56,136 nucleotides of DNA from Prasinococcaceae sp. CCMP 1430 (Eukaryota; Plantae; Prasinodermophyta): assembly GCA_013416795.1 (NCBI GenBank), contig RQSC01001138.1:1-56136 (forward strand), in the 5' to 3' direction. Made by a program: the position numbers and the translations under genes. Shown one piece after another: positions 22,908 to 34,253 of this stretch. The notes under the pieces are model-generated. The model was given only the letters and a program-made list of their open reading frames with translations, searched no databases and was not told the DNA's origin. The first letter of the stretch is position 1; the number at the start of each line of letters is the position of its first letter.

Positions 22908-23175
22908 GGGCTGTGACGCTCGCTCCACGGGCGCTCTGACTGCGCATTCATCATAATATACACCCTAATGACGCCTCTGCACAGCGGGCTCACGCCTGTG
23001 CTGCGGTGCGAAGTTGCGACGACGCCAAGCGCAATCGCACGCGTGTGCGCGTACGCATGTGTGCGCGTGCCATACCACGTCCGCGGGGCGCGGGGCGCGG
23101 CTCGCGCCGGCGGCTACTACAGTAATACGGGTGAAACGAGCGGCGTGGAGAGGGCCGGGGAACAGAGCAGCGGGT

Positions 23176-24666
23176 ATGTGCAGTGCACGGCGCCGGCGTG
23201 CGTGCGTTGCGTCGCGTCTGCCGCCGTGCGCAGGACCGACTGGGCGTCCGGCGCGCAACCCACTCGCCACGCTCGCCTTGCTCATTGCGCTCGCGTTGGC
23301 CGCAGCGCACGGCGCGGTCGCTGAGACGCTCGGGCCATGGGCAGCACTTGGCGTCGATGTCGGCGCGAGCGAGGAGGAGGTGACCCGTGCGTTCCGGGCA
23401 CTCGCTCGCGAGCACCATCCAGACAAGGTGCGCGATGTTGTTCGTGCCTCGAAGGCCGGCGGTAGCAGGCAGCGCGCGCGTGCTAGTAGCGGACATTCTT
23501 CGGTGAGCGCAGCGCGCGCATGTGCGGGCTCTGACAGCCACACCCCGGCTGGTGCACCTCTCGTCGCTCGTACCTCCCGGGATTTGTGCGCCCGGGGGTG
23601 CTTTGCGCCCTCTCACGCTGGCCCGCGTGCGTGTTGCCGAAGGGCGGTGACGCCGACCGCTTCGTCGAGATTCGTGCAGCCTATGAGGAGCTCACCGAGC
23701 GCCGCGCCTACTGGGAAGGCAAGGGTGGGGGAGATGGCAGCCAGAGCGACCGCGGCGGCAGCGATTTTGGCTCTGGCGGCTGGGGCGATTTCGGCAACTT
23801 CTGGCACGCCGAGGGAGAGAGTCAATGGCGTGAGGTCAAAATGCGCGTCAAGCTGCGCTTCTTGGGCGGCACGCTTGAGATGCCAGCGGAGGATTACATG
23901 ACTTCACCGCGCGGTGATATGAGCCAGCTCTTGCACAAAGCCTTCCATGGCAAGGAGGTGCGTGCGCGCGTGCGCTTTCATCGCCGCTCGCCGCACATGC
24001 TTGCGCCCGCGAACTCACACGCAAAACCCGTGCGCATGCGCGCGCGCAGGTCGAGTTCAAGATGCTCGACGGCGACGGCAATGTGCTCGCCAGCGGCTCG
24101 CGAGAAGGCGTCGTAAATTTGCGACACGGCCTCGACGGGGAAGTCACGCAGGAGGTGCGTGCGCGCGCGCGCGCATCTGATAGGTAGCTGGTATGTGGAT
24201 ATATGATGGGGAGTGTTCAGGCACATCTGCGCGCGTGAGCGTGGTCGACGGTGCGCAAACCTGCTGACGCTTGTGCTGGTGCGTGTCACCGCACCTGCGG
24301 ACGTGTATGTCCACACATGGACACTCCTGCCTGCATGTGGCTGCTTGCCCCCTCGCACGCGGGCTGAAGCCTGCCGGCGAGCTCGACTCTCCGGATGCCG
24401 CCGAGCCACAAGGCGACGCACGGAGGCTGTCGCGCGGGCAGGCCGGCATAGCGCGTACCAGCGTGGCTATGATCTTGGGGGCCAGTGACGATGACTTTGA
24501 GGCGATGTCTGACGCCGTCCAAGCAGCGATGGCTGCCGGCAACAACCCTGCGGCTGCGCTCATCGACCACTTGCTGAATCACTTTGCTCTCAGGCTGCTG
24601 CTCGGCTGCCTGGGCGTCGCCCTGACAGCAGGGGCGATCATTCTTGGCACTATCGCAATCGTGTAA
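23176..24666 (+). CDS. DnaJ-domain protein with signal-like N-terminus and C-terminal TM; exons ..23427, 23643-23957, 24050-24154, ~24370-24666
   Basis: LGVDVGASEEEVTRAFRALAREHHPDK|GGDADRFVEIRAAYEEL (HPD motif); phase-0 introns; last acceptor and start are tentative. Confidence 0.72.
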
Positions 24667-24825
24667 TGCCAGTGGGAATTCGTGCTGGCGTGCGATGCTA
24701 CTTAGGGACGCGGGCAGCGGGTAGCGTGACATCGGCGCGCGCGCGCGCACGCGCGCGCGAGGATGGGTGCATTTTCAGCTACCTGTATTAGATGCAGATG
24801 CGCCTCGCGCGCGCGCCGCGCGCTC

Positions 24826-27503
24826 TCATTTCTTTTCATCCTCCCCCCATTCGGGTGGCGGCTTGCTGTCGTCGCCTGTGCGGCGCGTCGACGGCGGCGG
24901 GCGCTTTCCAGTGCGCACAGCCTCCGCCATCGCCTCGCGCTCCGCCGCACGGTCGGCCATCACAGCGTCCCACTCATCGAATGGATGCCTGGGCGCGCTG
25001 GGGTAGTATATCTTGGACGGATACGACGCCTCCTCGGTCTCCGCACGCTCAATCACCGACTGGTACCACTCCTCGAGCTCGGGGATTCCATCAAGCTCCT
25101 CCCGCGACAGGTTGTCAACAGGGATCGTCGTGCCCATCACGTCGACGGTGGCGCTCAGCGGGTCGGTGTGCGGGCTCGTGCGAAGGAGCGCCGGCAGGCG
25201 GCTGGGCTTGCCTGTGGTCTCCAGGTTGTACCGCACCACGCGCCTGAGCGCCTCCGTGTACGGGTACTTGTACTTGAGCGTGCCGTCCTCCATGGCCTGG
25301 GAGGCGTCAGTCATCTTGGGGCGCAACGTGCCGTCAGGGAGCTCCTCCAGCTCCAGCATGGACATATCGCCCCAGTCTAGAAGCGGTTGCGCGCCATTGT
25401 CCTCCACCACTTTGTACAGCGTGCGCCCATCGATCTCCTCATTGTCGATGAGATATTGAACGAGCGCGTCGAACGCCGCGCGGTTGTCGACGATGGCCTT
25501 GTCGGCGCGCTCCTCGGCCTCGTGCATCATCCTGTCGATCTCCTCTGAGCACACCCTCGCCTCCGTGGACGTCAGCGGAAGGAACTCCATATCATTCTGC
25601 GAGTCGGAGCTCAGATACGCCTCGGTCGTGCTCGCACCCATGTACGCGACCGGGCCCACGCGCTCGCTCCATCCCCACCGCATCACCATCTGGCTCGCCA
25701 GCCTGGTAGCGTCTTGCAGGGCGTTGGCCGACGCCGTCGTCACACCATTCTTGCCGTAGATGCGCTTCTCAGCAGCGTAGCCGGCCATGAGGACGGTCAG
25801 CTGCGCCTCGCAGAACTGCCGGGACACCGCCCCGCTCTCAATGCGCTCCTCGTCGGGGATGGTGAAGCCCACGCCAAGGTCCGCCGTGCGCGAGGGCACA
25901 ATCGAGACGCGCGCCACCTCATCGTAGCAAGGGATGAGGGCCGAGAGCAGTAGCCGCCCGGCGGTGTACACGCACACGCTGCGCATGTCACGCGCCGAGA
26001 TGGCGTCACGGCGGTAGTGCGGCATGCCGGTCGACATGTGGCCTTGGGAGGACCCCTCCAGGGTCTTGTCCACGGCCTTGTTCAGCAGCTCGTCGGTGAT
26101 CGCCGGTGCCGTCGAGCCCTCGCCGCTCTCCTCGTTCTCGGCGGCCTGGACGACCCCCATGAACGCCGCGTCATTCACCACTGCCGCCAGCTCCGCGCCG
26201 GAGTAGCCTGCTGTGCGCCGCGCCACGCGCTGCAAATCGATCTCGCCAGACGTCTCCTTGCCGCGCAGGTGCACTTTGAGGATCTCGACGCGGCCCTCGC
26301 GGTTGGGTGCCGGCATGCGCACGATGCGGTCGAAGCGACCGGGGCGCGTGAGCGCCGGGTCGAGAACAGCCGGGCGGTTGGTAGCCGCCAGTACGATCAC
26401 GCCCGAGTTGTCAGCGAAGCCGTCCATCTCTGAGAGGAGCTGGTTGATTGTGTTCTCAGCCTCCGAGCCGCCCCCGGAGTACCCCTCCGAGCCGGTGCCG
26501 CCGCCGCGTGCCTTGCCCAGCGCGTCGAACTCATCGATGAAGATGATGCACGGCGTCTGTTCGCGCGCCTGCTCGAAGAGCGAGCGCACGCGGCTGGCGC
26601 CGACGCCCACAAACATCTCCTGAAACTCCGATCCGGACACGAGGAAGAACTTGCACAGCGCCTCGCCCGCGATGGCGCGCGCCAGCAGCGTCTTGCCGCA
26701 GCCCGGCGGACCGCACAGGAGCACGCCCTTCGGGACAGCCGCACCGAGCTCCTTGAAGCGGTCGGGGCTCTTCAGGAACTCGATGACCTCCTCGACCTCC
26801 TGCCGCACGTCATCGATACCCGCCACGTCATCCATGGACACTCCCGTGATGGACCCCTTGAGGTCGCGAGGCTTGTACGCGCCCAGGTCGTCCTTCTTCA
26901 GCTTCTTCTTCGTCTGCCACGCGCGGTACAGGCGGAAGACCGTCAGCAGCGCGAACAGCGGCGCGAGTGCAACGCTGAACGCCGAGCCCAGAGCGTGCTT
27001 CCACGTGTTGGGCTCGATGTCCACGGGCACGCCGAGCTCGAGCAGCTTGGGCATGAGATCCGGATCGGCGGTGTACGCCGTGCGACTCTGGATGCCCCGC
27101 ACTCCCTCGAAGACGAGATGCTCGCCGTTGCGCAGGAATGCCACCTTCTTCACCTTCTTCCCCACCAGCTGGTCCCAGAAGTCGCCGTAGAACACCTCGG
27201 GGAGCGCAGAAACGGCGAGCTCGTCCGCGGGCCACCACTGCGACTTGCCGTCAGGCGTCGTGAGGTTGTCGGCGCCGAGGGCGTCACGGATCTGATCGCG
27301 CTCCTCCTCGGCGCTCAGACCCGTCATGAACGCGTGCTGCTCACTCTTGCGCCCCTTGCGCTTGCGCTCGTACCCGTCCACCTCGGTCGGGTCCTCCCAG
27401 TCGCGGACGGTCTTCGGGTCGGTCGCGCTGCCCTTGGGGGCGGGCGGCGCCGCAGTGGGGGGCGCCGGGGCCGCAACGGACGCCTTCGCCGCCGCCGGCG
27501 CCC
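24826..27503 (-). CDS. FtsH-family AAA protein, protease-inactive (FtsHi-like); 5' end missing
   Basis: [32 protein letters not shown]; one TM; YTAGR occupies the HExxH position. Confidence 0.88.
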
Positions 27504-27577
27504 ACAAGTGTATGTATCTCGTCGATAAAAAGAATGATCTCTCCATCACTGCCACTTACTTCTTTTACAACTCCTTT
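27482..27577 (-). other. clpB: Low-GC bacterial-type ClpB NBD1 fragment abutting a gap
   Basis: Translates [32 protein letters not shown]; bases 27504-27577 are 27/74 G+C. Confidence 0.85.
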
Positions 27578-27725
27578 NNNNNNNNNNNNNNNNNNNNNNN
27601 NNNNNNNNNNNNNNNNNNNNNNNNNNNNNNNNNNNNNNNNNNNNNNNNNNNNNNNNNNNNNNNNNNNNNNNNNNNNNNNNNNNNNNNNNNNNNNNNNNNN
27701 NNNNNNNNNNNNNNNNNNNNNNNNN
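27578..27725. other. Assembly gap (148 N)
   Basis: N run. Confidence 1.
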
Positions 27726-28271
27726 GCGCAGCGCCAGCGCCCGCGCCAGCGCCGCTCCGAACCCGCGCCGCCGCGAAAACCGCGGAAGGAAGAGCGCGCG
27801 AAATCGAAATCCGAGCGGGGGCCGCGGAGGGCGAAACCCCTCCCGAACGCGTACCCGCGCCGCGCGTCCGGCGCGGCGAAAAACGCGGGCGGCGCCGCGC
27901 GGAGACGGGCCGGGGCAGCCGCCGCGCGCGCGCGCCCGGACGCGCCGGATGCGCGCGCATGCGTTCTGATATGGAGGGGGGAAGAGGCCCTGCGCTCCGC
28001 TGTGCAGGCGAGCAGATATATACGGGATAAGGACGTGCGGAAGCGAACCCTAATTTTAAACCTAAAATGAGTGAAGAGGTTTGGGTCTGGCAGAGCTCCA
28101 GGGGCCGGATGGACATATGGACAGGCGGAGCGCCGACGCCGACGCCGAGGAGGAGGGGCGGGGGCACCAGAGCGCGCGCGCTGGGTGTTGCTTGCCCCCA
28201 TCCCCACCCCTCACCCCCACCCCCCCCACCCACCCACCCTTTGGGTGGGGTGGCAGTGGCGGGGCGAGGCG

Positions 28272-29039
28272 ATGGGAAGCTCGGGGAGCAAGGCGAAGAG
28301 GCCCTCGGGGACGGCGCGCGCCGCGGCTGCAGCGCGCGCGGCCGCCGCCAGGTCGGGCGCGGTCACCGACACGGACCGCGCGGTGCTGCGGCTCAAGACG
28401 ACGCGCAGGCAGCTGCAGGGGTACGCCGACCGGCTGACGGCGCTCGCGGCCGCCGAGACGGAGCGCGCGCGCGCGCAAACGCGCGCCGGGAACAAACCGC
28501 AGGCGAAGCTCGCTCTCCGCAAGCGGCGCGTAAACCTGGACATGCTCCAGAAGGTGCACGGGTGGCAGGAGAACGTCGAGACCACGCTGTGCGAGCTCGA
28601 GGCCGCGAAGCACACGGCCGCAGTCGCGGGCGCGCTCAAGGCGGGCACGGGCGCCATCAAGAGTATACAAGATGCGGTCAGCATCGCAGAGGTCGAGCAG
28701 CTCATGGAGCAGCAGGCAGACGCGTACGACTGGAACGAACAGGTGCAGTCCATGCTCGACAGCGGCGCGCTGGGCACAGAGGACGACATCGACGAAGCGG
28801 CCATGCACGAGCTGGAGGAGATGGAGGCGCAGATGCTCCAGGACGAGCTCCCCGAGGCGCCCGCCGCCGAGCTCCCGGCCGCGGGCGAGCGCGAGCCAGA
28901 GCACGAAACGAGCGCGGCCGAGGCGGAGGAGCTCGGCCTGCCGGACGTCCCCAAGGCAGATCTGCCGCTGGCGCAGGCTTCCGTGCGCGCGGAGGACGAC
29001 GCGGGGCACGAACGTGAGGGGGAGCTGCTCGCGGCATGA
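28272..29039 (+). CDS. VPS20: ESCRT-III subunit VPS20/CHMP6
   Basis: Myristoylation-type MGSSGSK; VTDTDRAVLRLK..QLQGY; AKLALRKRR; Snf7-type acidic tail. Confidence 0.88.
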   Translation: MGSSGSKAKRPSGTARAAAAARAAAARSGAVTDTDRAVLRLKTTRRQLQGYADRLTALAAAETERARAQTRAGNKPQAKLALRKRRVNLDMLQKVHGWQENVETTLCELEAAKHTAAVAGALKAGTGAIKSIQDAVSIAEVEQLMEQQADAYDWNEQVQSMLDSGALGTEDDIDEAAMHELEEMEAQMLQDELPEAPAAELPAAGEREPEHETSAAEAEELGLPDVPKADLPLAQASVRAEDDAGHEREGELLAA

Positions 29040-29250
29040 GGCTGCTCGCGGCGTGACAATCTACGCGCGCTGACCGCCGCGGTGGACCTGCCGAGCGCAC
29101 CCGCCGGCGCCCAGGGGCGCGCAACCGACATGTGCAATATACGTATGATACGATGGCAGCTGTAATGAATCGCTCAAGGAACGAGCGCCGCGCGCGCGCG
29201 CGTCGGGCGGCGCGCGCTGCGCGGTGGGTGCGTTGGTTTGTCGCTCTGCT

Positions 29251-30112
29251 TTACCGCAAGAAGTTGGTGGTGATCCACATGAGCGCGAGCGAGCCCGCGT
29301 TGATGAGCGGCTCGCGGTAGCGCAGCGTGAAGATGGGGATGGCGCCACCGGTGGCCTTGGCCCACAGGTCGGGAATCGCCACCACGCACGTGGTGGCGAG
29401 CGCCACGCCGCCGAACGTGAGCGCCAGCACGCGCAGCAGGCGCATGCGGTCAGCGATCTTCTTCTTCTCGGGGTCCTTGGGGCTCGGCGAGAAGGCCGTC
29501 AGCTTCTGCGTCAGGCGGAACAACGCCGCCACGGTGCCGAACACCAGCGGGTTGTAGTCGCACACGGCACTCGTGCACGCCCACGCGGCGAGGATGCCAA
29601 AGATGCCTGTGTTGGTGATGATGTTGTTGGTGGTCTCGACCTCCACGCGCGGCCTCCACGGGAAGAGCGGCGTCCGGTCGGCATAGAATACCTCGGGCTG
29701 CGGGGCCTTCTTGCCCAGGTTGGCGACACGGGTGGAGAGGCCGGCCATCATGATGGAGTCGAATGCCGCCTGAATCTTGGCAGCCTTCGCCGAGTCGCCC
29801 GCACGCTGCGCATTCAGCGCGGCCGCCGCACGCGCGCGCGCGTGGGTGCTCGAGTCAGCGGATGCGGCGCAGGGCACACGCGCGCGCGCCCGGCCGCCGC
29901 GGCGTCGGCATGGGGCAGCAGGCGACACCCGGCGAATGGCGCGCGTGCGCGGCGCGGCGCCCATCCACACCCCAGCTCGCGCCGGATTTCACGCAGCTGC
30001 AACGACGCACCTCCGCCCCGCGCTTGCTCATGTTGTAGACGCGCTTCACCGTGTCGAAGTCGGCGTCGTCGCTGAGGCCGAGCACGGCGTACGGCGACTC
30101 GTCGCCGGGCAT
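29251..30112 (-). CDS. CPP1: CPP1/CDF1-like J-like membrane chaperone; exons 30112-30011, 29805-29251
   Basis: SPYAVLGLSDDADF, IQAAFDSIMM, YADRTPLFPWRPR, followed by TM helices; phase-0 intron. Confidence 0.78.
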
Positions 30113-30488
30113 CGCACCCGCCGCCGAGCACGCACGCGCGCCAGCGCGGCGCGCGCCGACGCGCGCGCACTACTTCCACGGCTCTTGCTCCCTCCACCTG
30201 CACCCGCCGCCAGTGCCTCGACGCCGTCAAACAAACCACCGGCAGGAGACGCAGTCCCGACGCTCGCGCCACCGGAGCGCCGATCCCGGATGTGAATTCC
30301 GTAATCTCGGATTCGGCCCCGAATTCACCCGTAACTTCTGATGGCATTCGCGGTTCGAGCGCGGAATCAGCGGGGGTTCGAATTCCAATTCCGGGCAGCG
30401 CGCGGCGCGGGGTGTGTGTGTGTGTGTGGGAACCGAACCTGAACTAGAAGTTAGGGTTCAACATTATTAGGGTTATTACGTTAGGTCA

Positions 30489-30872
30489 CTAGCTGGTGCG
30501 CGCTGCCGCCGGCGGCGCCGCCCCCGCGGGCGCGTCGGCGCCGAGCGCGGCCTCGAGCTGCTGGTCGAGCGCGGCGGCGACGAGCGGGTGCATGCCGATG
30601 GGATCTGCAATGGTGACTTCGACGTCCGGGTGCGCCTCGGCGGCGGCGGCAACGAGCTCCGGGATGTCCTCCTGCACGTGCCGTCCGGGGAAGAGGAAGA
30701 GCGGCGAGACGACGACGCGGCTCGCCCCGCGCTCGACGAGGCGTCCGAACGCGTCCGCGATGGAGGGCGCGGCGAGCTCCATGTGGGCGGGCTCGACGAG
30801 CTCGCGGCCCGTGGTCGCGGCGTACTGATCCACGAACGCCAGGAGCGCGTCGTTCGACGCCGGGCGGCGCGA
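30489..30872 (-). CDS. sirB: Sirohydrochlorin ferrochelatase (SirB/CbiX) lacking its N-terminal IVDHG segment
   Basis: SRRPASN..VEPAHMELAAPSI..VVVSPLFLFPGRHVQEDIP. Confidence 0.85.
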   Translation of the reverse strand, partial: SRRPASNDALLAFVDQYAATTGRELVEPAHMELAAPSIADAFGRLVERGASRVVVSPLFLFPGRHVQEDIPELVAAAAEAHPDVEVTIADPIGMHPLVAAALDQQLEAALGADAPAGAAPPAAARTS

Positions 30873-31373
30873 GGCACCCGGAGCAGGGGCGAGCGGAGCC
30901 TGGCGAGCGGGGCCACGCGGCGGCGAGCAGCGATCGGGACCTCGGGGGCCCCCGCCCCTCCCCGCTCCGGCCCCTGCGCGGCGTGTGACCCCCGCACCCG
31001 CCGCCCGCGCACGAGAGGCGCCACTCCGCTGCTCGACTCCGTACTGACTGACTGCGGTCCCCACCGGGCCGCTCCCGGATGTAAACGCAGTCAGGCCGTC
31101 GCGCCTTCGCGTCGCGAGCGCGCGCGACGCGTCGAAAACCGCGGGTGTGGGACGGGGGTGGGGGGATATTCTCATCGTATCGTACATACAGGTTCGTACA
31201 CGCACTGCACACGGTGCTCGTCGGCGCACTCTCTCTCTCTCTGGCATCTCTGACCCGAGAGTCGGCACAGGCGTACTGTACACGGTGCTCGTCGGCCCGC
31301 CTCGCTCTCTCTCTCGCGCGCTCTCTCTGTCTGGCTCGAGAGCGCTGGCGTAGAGCTATGCATGGCTGCGTAG

Positions 31374-31553
31374 CTAGCTGTTGTCGACGCGGACGATGCC
31401 CCCGCCGTCGTCGCCGCGTTGTCGGTCGCTCTCCGGCGCCGCCGCCCGGCCTCGCGCGCTGCCACCGCCGGGCGAGTCGCCACCCCCGACGCTGAGGCGG
31501 TTGAGCAGCCGGCGCGCGGGGCTCGGGCTGCCCGCCGCCGCGAAGACGCCGTC
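31374..31553 (-). other. Orphan 3'-terminal coding exon of an unidentified gene, cut at single N 31554
   Basis: DGVFAAAGSPSPARRLLNRLSV..GIVRVDNS*, followed by UTR-like sequence. Confidence 0.35.
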
Positions 31554-31748
31554 NGCAGCTGGGCCTCCCGTGGACGCGTGTGTACCCGCACGCCCGGCGC
31601 CGACGGCGACCCCGCAGACAGCGCCCGAGGCCGCGCCGCGCAAACACGCGGGCGCTGCCCACGCGCCGTCGGAGCAGCCGCGGGCTTACGAGTGCGCCAC
31701 CCCGCCCGGGCGCTTCATTCAGTGGCGCTCCGCCCCGTGGCGGCAGCG

Positions 31749-32339
31749 ATGGCATCCTCCTCGGCGGCGGCGCCCAGTGTGTCCCGCAACCACGAGCTGC
31801 ACGCGCTGTACGTGCGGCATGACTTCGACGAGTGCCTGAAGGTGGCCGAGGAGGTCATGGAGGCGACGCAAGGGCGGTGCGAGTACGCGGTATACGTCAA
31901 GGCTCTCATACTCCGGCAGCGCGGGCAGATTGCGGAGAGCCTGACGCTGTTCCAGGCGGCGGCAGCGCTCAACCCGCGCAACCTCGCCAACATGAAGCAA
32001 GTCGGGCGCTCGCTTTACCTGCTCGGGAAACACCAGGCCGCGCTCGACGTCTACGAGGAGGCGCAGGCTGCAGGGCTCGACGATTGGGAAATCTGGCACT
32101 GCATCGGGCTGTGTTGCATATACTTGAAGCTGTACGAGCGCGCAGCCGAGAGCTTCCGCAGCGCCAACTCGCAGCAGAAGCACGAGGTGACGTACATGCA
32201 ATTGGGCAAGGTCTTCACGCTGCAGGAGGACTACAAGAGTGCAGTGGAGGTGTACCTCGAGGCGCTGGAGTTCTCGCCGGAGAACTCGGAGATGCTGACG
32301 GTCGTCGGACTGCTGTACCTTCGCCTGGGGGAGTCGACG
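31749..32339 (+). CDS. BBS4: BBSome subunit BBS4, 5' part only
   Basis: LHALYVRHDFDEC..QGRCEYAVYVKALILRQRGQIAESL..KQVGRSLYLLGKH..FSPENSEMLTVVGLLYL matches remembered BBS4 TPR sequence; homology stops near 32335. Confidence 0.88.
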
Positions 32340-33010
32340 CGCACGCCGCGGGACGCGCGGCCGACGCCATCGCTCCGACGCCTCCCCCCCTCTCCCTCCA
32401 GCCGCCGCCGCGCCCCGCCGCCCCCCCGCGCGCGCCAGTGGCGCCACGCACCGCCGACGCTCGAGCACCTCTTTAGCTTGAGGTGACGTGGGCGCCGCGC
32501 GCCTGCCACGAGCACCAACCCATGCCTCAATGTTTTTTGACGTAATTAATGCTGTACTCTCCCGTGGCGAAATAATGCAGTTTTTTTGGCGCGCGCGTTC
32601 GTGCGCGTGTGCGCTTCGTTCCACGGCACATGCAAATGCCGCGTGCGCGTGAAGAGAACAAAAAGAAACGTTGCTCTGATAGGAAGCAAACGAAACGTTG
32701 CGCGGAAGGAGTCCGAAAGACAGAGAGGAAAGAAGCGTTGGTCGGAAGCCATCCAATGGGACCCCTAAAACAAAAAAAAAAAAAAGGAGGGGGCGGCGCG
32801 GGGCAATCAAAATCGGGTCGTTGGTGGCGCGCTGCGTGCCGAGGACGAACGTGCGTGCGTGCGTGCACGCGCTCGGCCGATGATGGAATCCACTTCGGAA
32901 TCCACTCATGTATGGAATCCGTAATCTTGGATCGGGGAGGTTGGTCGCGCGCGCGCGGGTTCCGCGCGCGCGCGGCGCGACGCGACGCGCGCGCGCGCGC
33001 GCGCGCGCGC
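32340..33010. repeat. Direct repeat copy 1 (~670 bp)
   Basis: Near-identical to 33583-34253 (period 1243); differs around the A-tract (CCCCTAAAAC versus CCCCTCAACC). Confidence 0.95.
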
Positions 33011-33582
33011 GCCGATTCTACCGGCGGGCGGTGACCGCGGATAAGGGTTTGTATAAAGGGTTTACACAGCATTCGATTTGACGGGCGGAGGCTGCCTCCG
33101 GCGCGCCGCGCGTCCGCCTCGCGCGTGAGATGTCGTCAAAAAAAGGCAAAAAAGACACGCGAGCATGGAAAGACACATCGGGAAACGACGACGGAAACGA
33201 ACCCCCGGAATTAAAAAATCAAAATCGATCGCGCAGGTCAAAACGAGGGGCTCGCGCGCGCGGGGGTTTGGGTTCCGGTTCCGGCAATTCCGGACGGTGG
33301 GTGGCCACACACGCGCGCGCGCAAAAATCTCGAGCGCATGCGCGCGCGCGCGCGCGCGCCCGCGCCGCCGGCCCCGCCGCATATGCGAACACCCACGCCC
33401 CACCTCCCGGACGATCCCAACGTCTCCTGACCTCCCATCCGCCAAAACACATGCCCGTTGACGTACACTCTTTCCTTGACAAGAAATACTTATAAATATG
33501 ACGCGAATGAGGATTGACGTGAGGGTTTTCGCGGTTTGCGCGCGAACGCGCGCCCGGCGCGCGCGCGCGCGCGTGTCGCGCA

Positions 33583-34253
33583 CGCACGCCGCGGGACGCG
33601 CGGCCGACGCCATCGCTCCGACGCCTCCCCCCCTCTCCCTCCAGCCGCCGCCGCGCCCCGCCGCCCCCCCGCGCGCGCCAGTGGCGCCACGCACCGCCGA
33701 CGCTCGAGCACCTCTTTAGCTTGAGGTGACGTGGGCGCCGCGCGCCTGCCACGAGCACCAACCCATGCCTCAATGTTTTTTGACGTAATTAATGCTGTAC
33801 TCTCCCGTGGCGAAATAATGCAGTTTTTTTGGCGCGCGCGTTCGTGCGCGTGTGCGCTTCGTTCCACGGCACATGCAAATGCCGCGTGCGCGTGAAGAGA
33901 ACAAAAAGAAACGTTGCTCTGATAGGAAGCAAACGAAACGTTGCGCGGAAGGAGTCCGAAAGACAGAGAGGAAAGAAGCGTTGGTCGGAAGCCATCCAAT
34001 GGGACCCCTCAACCAAAAAAAAAAAAAAGGAGGGGGCGGCGCGGGGCAATCAAAATCGGGTCGTTGGTGGCGCGCTGCGTGCCGAGGACGAACGTGCGTG
34101 CGTGCGTGCACGCGCTCGGCCGATGATGGAATCCACTTCGGAATCCACTCATGTATGGAATCCGTAATCTTGGATCGGGGAGGTTGGTCGCGCGCGCGCG
34201 GGTTCCGCGCGCGCGCGGCGCGACGCGACGCGCGCGCGCGCGCGCGCGCGCGC
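33583..34253. repeat. Direct repeat copy 2 (~670 bp), ending at a gap
   Basis: Matches 32340-33010; ends in a (CG)n run at the gap edge. Confidence 0.95.

Noticed and set aside
31380-31410. GIVRVDNS as the missing SirB IVDHGS exon
   Set aside because: No His, an immediate stop and no donor; better read as the end of another gene.
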